From contig CAVZPA010000005.1 of assembly GCA_963776995.1 (NCBI GenBank), positions 12,765-76,764 on the forward strand: a DNA stretch of 64,000 nucleotides, given 5' to 3'. Below, one piece after another: positions 1 through 9,578 of the stretch (position 1 is its first letter; the number at the start of each line of letters is the position of its first letter). The position numbers were made by a program, and so were the translations under genes. The DNA is from an uncultured Acidimicrobiia bacterium. GTDB lineage: Bacteria; Actinomycetota; Acidimicrobiia; Acidimicrobiales; Ilumatobacteraceae. The notes under the pieces were generated by a model. The model worked only from the letters and a program-made list of their open reading frames with translations, was not told the origin of the DNA and made no database searches.

Positions 1-692
1 CGATCTTGCGACCGAAGTCCATGGCGACGACCTTGTCGGAGACCCGCATCACCATCGACATGTGGTGTTCCACGAGCAGGATCGTCAGCGTGAACTCGTC
101 CCTGATCCGCAGCACCGTGTCCCCGAGCTCGTCCACCTCGCCGTGGGTGAGCCCGGACGCCGGCTCGTCCATCAGCAGGAATCGCGGGCGGGCGGCGAGG
201 GCGCGGGCGATCTCGAGGCGCTTGAGGGTGCCGAACGGCAGCCCGGCAGCGGGCCGGAACATCAGATGACCGAGACCGAGCTGTTGGAGGAGATCTCCGG
301 CGTCGTCGCGGATCCGCCGGTTCTCCCGCGCCACGCCGATGCGGCTGACCGACTGGACGAAACCGACCTTGCCCTGGCTGTGGGCGCCGACCATGACGTT
401 CTCGAGCAGCGTCATCGTCGGGAACAACGCGAGGTTCTGGAACGTGCGGGCGATGCCGTGGTCGGCGATGCCGTGCGGCGGGACACCCAACAGGTCGGTT
501 CTGGTCGAACGTGAGCCGTCCCGAGGCCGGCTCGTAGAGGCGGCTGACGACGTTGAACATCGTCGTCTTGCCGGCGCCGTTGGGGCCGATCAGCCCGCAG
601 ACCTGACCCTCGTCGATGGTGAACGAGAGCTCGTCGAGCGCGACGATGCCGCCAAAGCGCACGGTGATTTCCTGCACGTCGAGCAAAGTCAC
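1..692 (-). pseudogene. livG: Branched-chain amino acid ABC transporter ATP-binding protein (LivG-like); C-terminus runs off the window; frame broken near 496-506
   Basis: Minus-strand translation from GTG at 692 gives VTLLDVQEITVRFGGIVALDELSFTIDEGQVCGLIGPNGAGKTT (Walker A) ...GRLTFD. Homology then continues one frame over: TDLLGVPPHGIADHGIARTFQNLALFPTMTLLENV...LPFGTLKRLEIARALAARPRFLLMDEPASGL...LLVEHHM. Confidence 0.8.
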
Positions 693-861
693 GCTGGCCC
701 CCAAGTGGCGGATTGTCGGGCGCCGACACTGTAGTAGCTGCCCAACAGGCCCCTGTGGCAAACGGCGAGCGGACCATTCTCCGCGCCGCGCTCGCGCTGT
801 GCGTCGTCGGTCGGTGCGAGACTGCGCCGGCCGTAGCAGGACTGGTGAGGATTGGGGGTTG

Positions 862-2061
862 ATGGTGTCGGAGACGACTGGGAAGGGTGAGGTTCGGTTG
901 CGGGTGCCGCGTGATCGGGAGCGTGACTACACCGAGGAGTTGGCGGCGCAGCGTCGGTCGTTCGTCGCCGAGCGCACGGGTATGCCATTGGCGCACGTCG
1001 GTCACTACTCGGTGGAGCCGGGCACGTTGCCGGGGAACATCGAGAACTTCATGGGCGTGGCGCAGGTGCCGATCGGCTTGGCCGGTCCGCTGTTGATCAA
1101 TGGTGAGCATGCCCGTGGCGAGTTCTTCGTGCCGTTGGCGACGACGGAGGGGACGTTGGTGGCCAGTTACAACCGGGGGATGCGGTTGCTCACCGAGAGC
1201 GGCGGGGTGCGCACGACGGTGCTCGATGAGTCGATGCAGCGTTCACCGGTGTTCGTGTTCGACAACGCCTTGGAGGCCCGCCAGTTCGGTGAGTGGGTGC
1301 GTGAGCACTTGGAGGAGGTGCGAGGTCGGGCGGAGTCGACGACGAGTGTCGGCAAGCTGACCGAGATCCGCCAGTACGGGATCGGTCCGTTGCGGTATCT
1401 GCGGTTCAACTACACGACGGGTGATGCGGCGGGTCAGAACATGTGCGGCAAGGCGACGTTGGCGGCGTGTGAGTGGATCCAGCAGGAGTATCCGGGGCGC
1501 CCGGAGTACATCTTGTCGGGCAACGTCGACACCGACAAGAAGCACTCCCAGATCAACATGATCGCCACCCGCGGGCGGCGCGTGGTGGCCGAGGCCGTCG
1601 TCAAGAAGGAGTTGCTGAAGAGCCTGATGGGGGTGGACACCGAAACACTGTTCTGGGCCCGTCAGATCTCCAACGCCGGGGCCTTCCTGGTCGGCGCGGC
1701 GAACAACGGCGCCCATGCCGCCAACGGCCTGACAGCGATGTTCATCGCCACCGGTCAGGACGTCGCCAACGTGTCCGAATCGCACGCCGGTGTCGCCTAC
1801 ACCCAACTGCTGCCCAACGGTGACTACTACTGGTCGATCACCCTGCCGGCGTTGATCGTCGCCACCTACGGTGGCGGCACCGGGCTGGCCACCCAGCGCG
1901 AATGCCTCGACATGCTCGGCTGCTACGGCAAGGGCAACGTCAAGAAGTTCGCCGAGATCTGCGCCGCCGTCGTCCTGGCCGGCGAGACGTCGCTCTCCAG
2001 CGCCATCATCGCCGGCGACTGGGTCTCCAGCCACGACCAATTCGGCCGCAACCGACCCTGA
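862..2061 (+). CDS. Hydroxymethylglutaryl-CoA reductase, class I type, soluble catalytic domain
   Basis: ATG at 862 follows the purine-rich GGTGAGGATTGGGGG. The translation carries ENFMGVAQVPIGLAGPLLINGE, ATTEGTLVAS, TGDAAGQNM, DTDKK, GLTAMFIATGQD and GGGTG, which fit class I HMGR core motifs from memory. The upstream part of ORF 616-861 is Arg/Ser-rich and looks non-coding. Confidence 0.9.
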   Translation: MVSETTGKGEVRLRVPRDRERDYTEELAAQRRSFVAERTGMPLAHVGHYSVEPGTLPGNIENFMGVAQVPIGLAGPLLINGEHARGEFFVPLATTEGTLVASYNRGMRLLTESGGVRTTVLDESMQRSPVFVFDNALEARQFGEWVREHLEEVRGRAESTTSVGKLTEIRQYGIGPLRYLRFNYTTGDAAGQNMCGKATLAACEWIQQEYPGRPEYILSGNVDTDKKHSQINMIATRGRRVVAEAVVKKELLKSLMGVDTETLFWARQISNAGAFLVGAANNGAHAANGLTAMFIATGQDVANVSESHAGVAYTQLLPNGDYYWSITLPALIVATYGGGTGLATQRECLDMLGCYGKGNVKKFAEICAAVVLAGETSLSSAIIAGDWVSSHDQFGRNRP

Positions 2062-2085
2062 CCAAACAGCGCGCGACCGCCGGCG

Positions 2086-3094
2086 TCACCTCCGTGCCGC
2101 GTACGGGTCCCAGGCCGGCGGCGCCGTGCGCAGGTGCTCGACGAGCAGCTCGACGAACCGGTCCGGGGCGATCGAACTGTCGCCATCCCCCGACGTGAGG
2201 CGGGGCGTCAGGCCGCCGACGGGGGAGGCGCTCCAGGTGGCCTCCGCGCGCTCCTCCTCCTGTAGGCGGGCCGCCAAGCGGCGCCAGATCACGGCGCAGG
2301 CGCAGCGGCCGCGAGCGCAGCTGCACCCAGGATTCGTAGCGCAGCTCGACGTCGTAGCGGCGGCCGCGACGGGTCGCGACGACGAGCCGGGACGTTGCGG
2401 TGTTGACGGCCATCGGGTGCAGCCCGGTCACCCAGTCCCCGCCGAAGCGGTGCCCTCCGCTGGACGGGGCGTCAGCGGGGACGTCGACGACGGCGAGATC
2501 GACGTCGGCGATCTCCTCGATGGCCACCGCGCCGCTGGCGATGGCGGCCTCGCTGGCCGCCAGGGCGTCATCCTCCTCGGCCCACACGGAGCGGAACCGG
2601 TCGACGTTGTCGACGAGCTCCGGGAGGCGTCCGAGCAGCTCGCCGTAGAGCACCGCGGTCTGCTCCGGGTACTCGACGGGCAGCGGGCCGAAGCTGTCGA
2701 CGGTCCCGGCGGCGTACGCCGACAACACCATCGAGACCTTCGCCGCGTCCCGGTCGCGGCAGACGGCGAAGTCCCCGGCGGCGGCGACGTCCTCGAGGAA
2801 CGATCGGCGGGCGACGGCTTCCGCCGGGTCGACGAGGGCGAAGATCGACACCAGCCCGTCCTGGTCGAAGTGGTTGTTGGAGACGGCCTGCACCTCCGGC
2901 GGGAGCAGCTCGGGGTGCTCGAGCAACCGAAAGGCCATCTGCGCCGACAGGTCGTCGGCGACCGTCTCCGGCGGTGGGTAGCCAGGCCAATGGGTGACCG
3001 TCAGCACGGTGCCGGCGGTGGGTGACCCATCGACGATGACGTTCGGTTCACCCTCGAGGCGGTGGTAGGCGACGAAACGCATCAGGCCTGGCAC
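2086..3094 (-). pseudogene. Conserved hypothetical protein (actinobacterial DUF-type); frame broken near 2268-2284
   Basis: ORF 2006-3094 reads well up to ...ESWVQLRSRPLRLRRDLAPL, then turns into Arg/Gly-rich junk that overlaps the HMGR 3' end. A clean C-terminus (AARLQEEERAEATWSASPVGGLTPRL...PPAWDPYAARR stop at 2086) lies one frame over in ORF 2086-2292. Confidence 0.6.
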
Positions 3095-3148
3095 GGTACG
3101 ACTTCGAGTGCGCTCGACGTCAAGAGCGATCGTTCGTCACCGCCTCGT

Positions 3149-4180
3149 TCATCGCGCGTCATCGGGCACGACGGCGTGCTGGCCCGCCCGCAGCCACGCC
3201 CGCACCTCGTCGCCAACGTGCAGGACGGTGGTGTGGGGGACGGTGGCGCGGACCAGCGCCCCACTGGGCAGGCGCAGGGTGTAGCTGCGCGTCGGCCCCT
3301 CGAACACGCCGGCGACGACCGTCACCGGCGTTCCGCATCCGCGGTGCGCTCCGTCGACGGCGACAGCGTGCGGACGGACGACGACGAGTGCGCCGTCGGC
3401 CACCAACCGGTCGCCGGCGAGCTGCCCGAGCTCCGTCCCCCCGTCGCGGACGGGGAGGAACGCAGCGTCGCCCATGAACCCGGCGACGAAGCGGTTGGCC
3501 GGCCGGTGGAACACGTCGTCGGGGCTGCCGAGCTGCTCGACGCGCCCAGCCCGCATGACGGCGACGCGATCTCCGACCGTCAGCGCCTCGGTCTGGTCGT
3601 GGGTGACGAACAGCGCTGGCGTGCGCGTGGTGCGCAGGATGTCGACGATGTCGGCGCGCAGCCGCGTGCGCAGGTTGGGGTCGAGGCTGGCGAACGGCTC
3701 GTCGAGCAGCACCAACCGCGGAGCCGGCGCCAGGGCCCGAGCCAGGGCGACGCGCTGCCGCTCACCGCCGGACAGCTCGTGCGGGTAGCGCCCACCGTGG
3801 CCACCGAGGCCGACGACGCTGAGCCAATGGTCGCACCGCTCGGTGCGGGTGGACCGCGGCATCCCGCGCAGGCCGAACATGATGTTGTCGGCGACGGTCA
3901 GGTGGGGGAACAGGGCGTGCTCCTGGAACACCAGCCCGGTTCGACGGTGCTCGGGCTCGACGCGACGAACGCCGTCGTCGACCACCTCCCCGCCGACGCG
4001 GATCGTCCCCTCATCGACGGCCTCCAGCCCGGCGGCGACGCGCAGCAACGTCGACTTCCCGCACCCACTCGGCCCGACCAGGGCGACGAGCTCGTGGTCG
4101 GCGACGGTGAGATCGACGCCGTCGACGGCGGCGATGCGGCCGTACGCCTTGCGCACGGCGCGCAGCTCGAGGACGGTCAC
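3149..4180 (-). CDS. ABC transporter ATP-binding protein, Fe3+/polyamine (FbpC/PotA) type
   Basis: GTG at 4180 overlaps the permease stop (GTGA). Motifs seen: GPSGCGKSTLL (Walker A), LSGGERQRVALARAL (signature), LVLLDEPFASLD (Walker B), plus a C-terminal TOBE-like tail. Confidence 0.92.
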   Translation of the reverse strand: MTVLELRAVRKAYGRIAAVDGVDLTVADHELVALVGPSGCGKSTLLRVAAGLEAVDEGTIRVGGEVVDDGVRRVEPEHRRTGLVFQEHALFPHLTVADNIMFGLRGMPRSTRTERCDHWLSVVGLGGHGGRYPHELSGGERQRVALARALAPAPRLVLLDEPFASLDPNLRTRLRADIVDILRTTRTPALFVTHDQTEALTVGDRVAVMRAGRVEQLGSPDDVFHRPANRFVAGFMGDAAFLPVRDGGTELGQLAGDRLVADGALVVVRPHAVAVDGAHRGCGTPVTVVAGVFEGPTRSYTLRLPSGALVRATVPHTTVLHVGDEVRAWLRAGQHAVVPDDAR

Positions 4181-5868
4181 GGCCGCGCCGACGACGGCTG
4201 GTCGAGGTGCCGGCTGAGCATGGCGACGGGGACGAGGGCGACGAGGATGATCGTCAAGGCTGGCAGGGCGGCCTGCTCGTAGCGCGACTCCGAGGCCAGG
4301 TCGTACACCCACACCGGCAGCGTGTCGAAGCCGACCGGCCGCAGGAGGTAGGCGATCGGCAGCTCCTTGAGGGCGTCGACGCCGACGAGGATGGCGGCGG
4401 CCAGCAGGCTGGTGCGAGCCAGCGGTAGGTGGATCCGCCGCAACACGGACAGCGGGCCGGCACCCAGCGACTGGGCGGATGCCGTGACCTCGTTCGGCAC
4501 TCGCGTGATCCCTGCCTCGACCGTCGTCAGGCCGGGGGCGAGGAAGCGGATCGCGTAGGCGTAGGAGAGGGCGATGAACGAGCCCGTGGCGGCGAAGCCG
4601 GGAAGCCCGGTGCCGACGCGGTCGAGCAGGTCGTCGAGTCCGACGAGGGCGAGCACGACGCCCATGGCGACGACGGGTCCGGGCACCGCGTAGCCGACGA
4701 TGCTCACGCGACTGGCCATCCCGACGACGCGGGCCGGGCTGAAGCGGCCGGCGTTGGCGACGATCGTCGACGCCAGCACGCAGATGATCACGGTCACGGC
4801 GGTGAGGGTGATGCTGTTGCCGAGGAACTCGGTGTAGCGCGACAGCATCGGTGTGCCCCGCGTTCCGCGCTGCTCGGCGACGGCCCACGTCACGAGTCGG
4901 GCGGTCGGGGCGAGGAACGCCGCCGTGACGACGCCCGTGGCGACCAGCGTCGCCGCGGCGGCCCGCCAGCCGCGCAGCCGCAGCGGCTCGACCCGGGCGG
5001 CATGGCCGGCCGCGTCACCGAACCGGGCCCGTCCGCGCAGGACCCGTTCGAAGCCGATGGAGAACAGGGCCAGCACGAGCACCAACGTGGCGATCTCGCT
5101 GGCGGCGTCGCGGTCGTACGTGCCGCGCCAGATCCGGAACACCCCGACGGTGACCGTCTCCTGGTTGAAGTACTGGACGGTGGCGAAGTCGGTGAGCGTC
5201 TCCATCGCCACGATCGCCGCCCCGGCGGCGATCGCCGGCCGCAGCATCGGCACGACGACGCGGCGAGCCACCTCGGCGCGGGAGGCGCCGAGCGTGCGGG
5301 CGACGAGCACGGCCGTCGCGGCCTGGTCGCGCAACGCAGTTCGGGCGAGGAGGTACACGTAGGGGTACAGCGTGAGGGTGAGCGTGACGATCGCCCCCGG
5401 CATCGAGCGGATCTCGGGGAACCACGCGTCGCGGCCGAACTGATCGCGCCAGAACGTCTGCACCGGCCCGGCGACGCCGAAGACGGCCGTCGTCACGAAG
5501 CCGAGGATGTAGCTCGGCATGGCGAGCGGCAGCACGAGGGCCCAACTGAGCACCCCTCGTCCGGGGAAGCGGTGCGCCCCGACGAGCCAGGCCAAGCCGA
5601 CGCCGAGCACGATCGACCCGACGACGACACCGACCGTGAGCACGATCGTCGTGATGATCTGATCAGGAAGCCGGGTCTCCCACTGCTGCCGCCACACCTC
5701 GGCGTTCGGCCGCAGGATGCTCGTCGCCAACATGGCGATCGGGGCGATGACCAGGACGGCGACGGCGACCGGCATCAGCACCCACCCTGGCCGGGCGAAG
5801 CGGCGCCCGCGCCCGCCCCGGTCGTGCGGGCCGGCGAGCGGCGCCAGCGACGTGTCGGAAGCCGACAA
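4177..5868 (-). CDS. Fe3+-type ABC transporter permease, duplicated (two-module) membrane protein
   Basis: About 12 hydrophobic segments in two similar halves, placed between the SBP and ATPase genes. The start is uncertain: TTG 5868, GTG 5781 or ATG 5775. The long N-terminal part of ORF 4177-6747 is out-of-frame readthrough over the SBP gene. Confidence 0.88.
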   Translation of the reverse strand: MSASDTSLAPLAGPHDRGGRGRRFARPGWVLMPVAVAVLVIAPIAMLATSILRPNAEVWRQQWETRLPDQIITTIVLTVGVVVGSIVLGVGLAWLVGAHRFPGRGVLSWALVLPLAMPSYILGFVTTAVFGVAGPVQTFWRDQFGRDAWFPEIRSMPGAIVTLTLTLYPYVYLLARTALRDQAATAVLVARTLGASRAEVARRVVVPMLRPAIAAGAAIVAMETLTDFATVQYFNQETVTVGVFRIWRGTYDRDAASEIATLVLVLALFSIGFERVLRGRARFGDAAGHAARVEPLRLRGWRAAAATLVATGVVTAAFLAPTARLVTWAVAEQRGTRGTPMLSRYTEFLGNSITLTAVTVIICVLASTIVANAGRFSPARVVGMASRVSIVGYAVPGPVVAMGVVLALVGLDDLLDRVGTGLPGFAATGSFIALSYAYAIRFLAPGLTTVEAGITRVPNEVTASAQSLGAGPLSVLRRIHLPLARTSLLAAAILVGVDALKELPIAYLLRPVGFDTLPVWVYDLASESRYEQAALPALTIILVALVPVAMLSRHLDQPSSARP

Positions 5869-5873
5869 CGACG

Positions 5874-6896
5874 TCAGCCGAAGTTCGCAGCGTCCATCGC
5901 CCGTACCGCCTGAGCGTTCAGCGAGCCGAGGACGTCGGCGCGCAGCGCGTCGCGCACGAAGTCGGTTCCGAACGTGTCGCGGATCAGCGGCTCCGCTTCC
6001 ACGGCCGGGTTCGCGGGGTACTCGTGGTTGTCGGCGACCAGGGTGTCCTGACCGTCGGTCGCCAGCCACTCGAGGAACTGCTGGGCGAGCTCGACGTCGT
6101 CGGCGTAACGGGTGACGCCGCCGCCGGAGATGTTGATGTGCACCCCTCGGCCGTCCTGCTCGGCCCACAACAGCCCGATCGGCGCGTCCGGATCCTCCTC
6201 GAGCTTGCGAGCGAGGTAGTAGTGGTTGACGACGCCGATCTCGCACGCACCCGCCGCCATCGCGTCGAGGAGGGCGATGTCGTTGGCGTACACCTCGGCG
6301 TTGGCGGCCCAGCCGCGCAGCACGTCGACGGTGGCCTCCTCCCCGTCGGCCGCGATCATGCTGGCGACGAGCGACTGCTGGTAGTCGTTGTTGGCGTTGC
6401 GCAGGCAGATGCGGCCCTCGTACTCGTCGCTGGCCAGCTCCTCGTACGTCGTCGGCACGTCGGCCGGGTCGATGAGATCGGTGTTGTAGACGATCGTGCG
6501 GGCCCGCACGGCAAGGCCGAACCACCGGTCCTGCTCGTCGCGCAGCTCCGCCGGGATGGATTCGTCGAGGACCGTCGACTGCAAGGGCTGGAAGATGCCC
6601 TGCTCGGCGGCCGCCCAGAGGTTGCCGGCGTCGACAGTCAGGTAGACGTCGGCCTCCGTGTCCTCGCCTTCGGCGGCGATGCGCTCGCGCAACTCGGCGT
6701 CGTTGCCGGTGAGGAAGTCGACGTCGACGCCGGACTCCTCCGACCACGTCTCGAAGGCCGTCTCGATGCCGTAGTGGCGCCCGGAGTAGACGGTGAGCGT
6801 CTCGCCGTCCTCGCCGCCGCAGCTGGCGACGAGCGCCGCCGCGGCGAGCGCCCCGAGGGTGCGGGCCGTCCGGTGGTGGGTCCGAGTGATCATCAA
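5874..6896 (-). CDS. Fe3+ ABC transporter substrate-binding lipoprotein (FbpA/AfuA-like)
   Basis: Signal peptide with lipobox LVASCGG. The mature part (TLTVYSGRHYGIETAFETW...ADVYLTVDAGNLW...) resembles ferric-iron family-1 solute-binding proteins. First gene of a three-gene operon. Confidence 0.88.
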   Translation of the reverse strand: MMITRTHHRTARTLGALAAAALVASCGGEDGETLTVYSGRHYGIETAFETWSEESGVDVDFLTGNDAELRERIAAEGEDTEADVYLTVDAGNLWAAAEQGIFQPLQSTVLDESIPAELRDEQDRWFGLAVRARTIVYNTDLIDPADVPTTYEELASDEYEGRICLRNANNDYQQSLVASMIAADGEEATVDVLRGWAANAEVYANDIALLDAMAAGACEIGVVNHYYLARKLEEDPDAPIGLLWAEQDGRGVHINISGGGVTRYADDVELAQQFLEWLATDGQDTLVADNHEYPANPAVEAEPLIRDTFGTDFVRDALRADVLGSLNAQAVRAMDAANFG

Positions 6897-6959
6897 GCCG
6901 CCACGCTAGAGGACGTTCGGGCTGCAGACCACAGCGCGACGCCCTACTGGCGTCAGATG

Positions 6960-6978
6960 GTAGGCAAGCTTTATATTG
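6960..6978. promoter_or_regulatory. Candidate DtxR/IdeR-like iron box in the divergent promoter region (weak)
   Basis: GTAGGCAAGCTTTATATTG matches the remembered DtxR consensus TTAGGATAGCTTTACCTAA at about 12 of 19 positions. It sits in the only AT-rich patch between the iron-uptake operon and the A-PCP-AT3 gene. Confidence 0.25.
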
Positions 6979-6995
6979 CTCGGGTGCCGATCCTG

Positions 6996-9534
6996 ATGAC
7001 CACCGAGCGGATCGCCCCCGTCCTGCTCGGCGCCGGCGCGCCCGAGGCGCCGGCTCTCGTCGCCGGCGACGACGTCGTGTCCTACGCCCGGCTCACGGCG
7101 GCCGTGCATCAACGCGCCGGTGAGCTCGACCTGCCCCCGCGCTCGCTGGTGATCCTCGAGGCATCGAACACCGTCGAGTTCGTGACGACGTATCTGGCCC
7201 TGCTGCACGGTGACCACGTGCCCCTGCTCGCCGGCGCCCACGTCGCCGGGCTCGCCGAGGCGTGGGCGGCCGACGCCATCGTCGGCGCCGACGACGACGG
7301 CCTGCGCATCGAGCACCTTCCGGGCGCGCCGTCGCGGCAGCTGCACCCCGACCTGGCGCTGCTCCTCAGCACGTCCGGCTCGACGGGCGCTCCGAAGCTC
7401 GTGCGGCTGTCCCACGCCAACCTCCTCAGCAACGCCCGGGCGATCGCCGGGTACCTCGCCCTGACACCCGCCGACCGCGGGATCACGTCCCTGCCGCTGC
7501 ACTACTGCTACGGCCTGTCGGTGCTGCACTCCCACCTCGCCGCCGGCGCCGGCGTCGTCATGACCTCGGCCTCCGTCGTCGATCCGTGCTTCGCCGCGGC
7601 GATGGATGCCGGCCGAGTCACCAACCTCGCCGGCGTACCGCACTCCTTCGAGCTCCTCGAACGAGCAGGGCCCGAGCTGGTCCACGTCCCGTCGCTGCGC
7701 TTCGTGACGCAGGCCGGGGGGCGGATGCGCCCCGAGCGGGTGCGGGCCTGGGCCGAGCGCTGCCGCCAGTGGGACGCGGCGTTCTTCGTGATGTACGGCC
7801 AGACGGAGGCCACGGCCCGGATGGCCTACCTGCCGCCGGCGCTCGCCACCGAGCACCCGCAGGCGATCGGCCGGGCGATCCCGGGCGGCCACCTCGAGCT
7901 GCGGCCCGTCGACGGCGCGCCGGCCGACGTCGGCGAGCTCGTCTACCGAGGTCCGAACGTCATGCTCGGGTACGCCACGAACCAGTCCGAACTGGCGCTC
8001 GGGAGCCACCGTCGACGAGCTGGCGACCGGTGACATGGCCCGCTACGACCCCACGGCCGACGTCTTCGAGATCGTCGGGCGACGCTCCCGCTTCGTGAAG
8101 CCCTTCGGGTTGCGCATCGACCTCGATGCGGTCGAGACCGAGCTCGCCGCCGCCGGGTTCGACGTCGTGGCCACCGGCGACGACGATGTGCTCGTCGTCG
8201 GTGCACCGGGCGGACCGGTCGAGGCGATCAAGCAGCGGGTCGTCGCCCTGACCGGTCTGCCGGCCGGAGCGGTCTGCGTCGAGGCCGCGCCGGTGCCACG
8301 CACCGCCAGCGGCAAGGTCGACTACGAGACCCTGCGCGCCCGCGCTCGGCCGGCGCGCCCATCCGGGAACGGGCAGGGCCGTTGCACGTCCGTGGCCGAC
8401 GTGTACACCAAGGTGCTCGGGCGCTCCGATGTGGTCGCAACGAGCACGTTCCTGTCCCTCGGGGGCGACTCGCTGAGCTACGTGGAGTGCTCCGTGCGGC
8501 TGGAGGAGATGCTCGGCCCGCTGCCGGCGGACTGGCACCTGCGCACCGTCGCCTCGCTCGACGCCGCCGACCGCCGCCGGGGGCCGCCCCGGCTCGACAC
8601 GACAGCTCTCCTGCGGGCCGTCGGGATCTGCGCCGTCGTCGCCACCCACATGTCGTTGTGGTACTTCCCCGGCGGCGCCCACCTGATGCTCGCCGTCGTC
8701 GGCTTCAACTTCAGCCGCTTCCACCTCTCGATCGACGGCACCGCCGACCGCGCCCGTGCCGTGGCCCGCACGATCACCCGCATCGCCATCCCCGTGATCG
8801 CCTTCGTCGGGACGTACATGCTGCTCGCCGGCGGGTACGGCGCGGCGACCCTGGGACTGGTCAACAACTACCTCGGCCCACCATCACATCACGACGGGAA
8901 CTGGCACTACTGGTTCATCGAAGCGATGATCCAGGTCATGGTGGTCGTCACGGCGCTGCTCGCCGTCGCGCCCGTGCGGCGACTCGAGCGACGCCACCAG
9001 TACGTCCTCCCGTTGCTCCTGCTCGGCGGAACGTTGCTGCTGCGCGGACGGTGGGAGGTCATCGACGGCGTCTACAACCTGCGCTTCCAGACCCATGGCG
9101 TCGCCTGGTTCTTCGTCCTCGGCTGGCTCGTCCACCGGTCGACGAACCCCGGCCTGAAGGTGCTGACGTCGGTGCTCTGCCTCCTGACTCTGCCGGGCTT
9201 CTTCGGCCGGCCCGAGCGGGAGTGGTTCATCGCCCTCGGCCTCATCGTTCTCGTCTGGTGCCGCGATGTACCCCTCCCCCGCTTCGCCGTGCGCGGCGTC
9301 GCCCTCGTCGCCGCGGCGAGCATGGTGATCTTCATCAGCCACTTCCGCATCTTCCCGCCGCTCGATCGCAACCTGCCGCGCGGCGTCGCCTATGCGGCGA
9401 CGATTGCTGCCGGCATCGCGCTGTGGTTCGCCGGTGAGCACGCCGCCCGCCTCGCTCGACGCACCACCGCCCGACTCGGCGCCCGGCGCCGAGCGTCGGC
9501 ACCGACCACGACGATCGCCGTCGCCCTCGACTGA
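6996..9534 (+). pseudogene. Fused AMP-dependent adenylating enzyme + phosphopantetheine carrier domain + Acyltransferase_3-type integral membrane domain; frame broken at about 8001-8006
   Basis: A-domain motifs: LLSTSGSTGAPKLV, MYGQTEAT, LATGDMARYD, GRRSRFVKPFGLRIDL, PRTASGKVDY. Carrier motif: LGGDSLSYVE. The C-terminal part has about 10 TM segments and starts RLDTTALLRAVGICAVVATH (R...H signature of AT3). ORFs 6024-8033 and 8035-9534 join if one base is removed from ctcgggAgccacc. Confidence 0.8.
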
Positions 9535-9578
9535 ACGCGCCGCCCGTCCGGCAGCGCCGCCTGACCGCCGGGCACTCG

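Noticed and set aside
616-861. N-terminal extensions offered by the ORF track. Examples: 616-861 before HMGR, 6024-6995 before the A-domain gene, 14791-15060 before the LLM gene, 25423-25785 before mazG, 43055-43231 before the HAD gene.
   Set aside because: The extension translations are Arg/Pro/Ser-rich and lack family similarity. Internal starts with an RBS, or with a 4-nt overlap to the upstream gene, give products of the expected family length.
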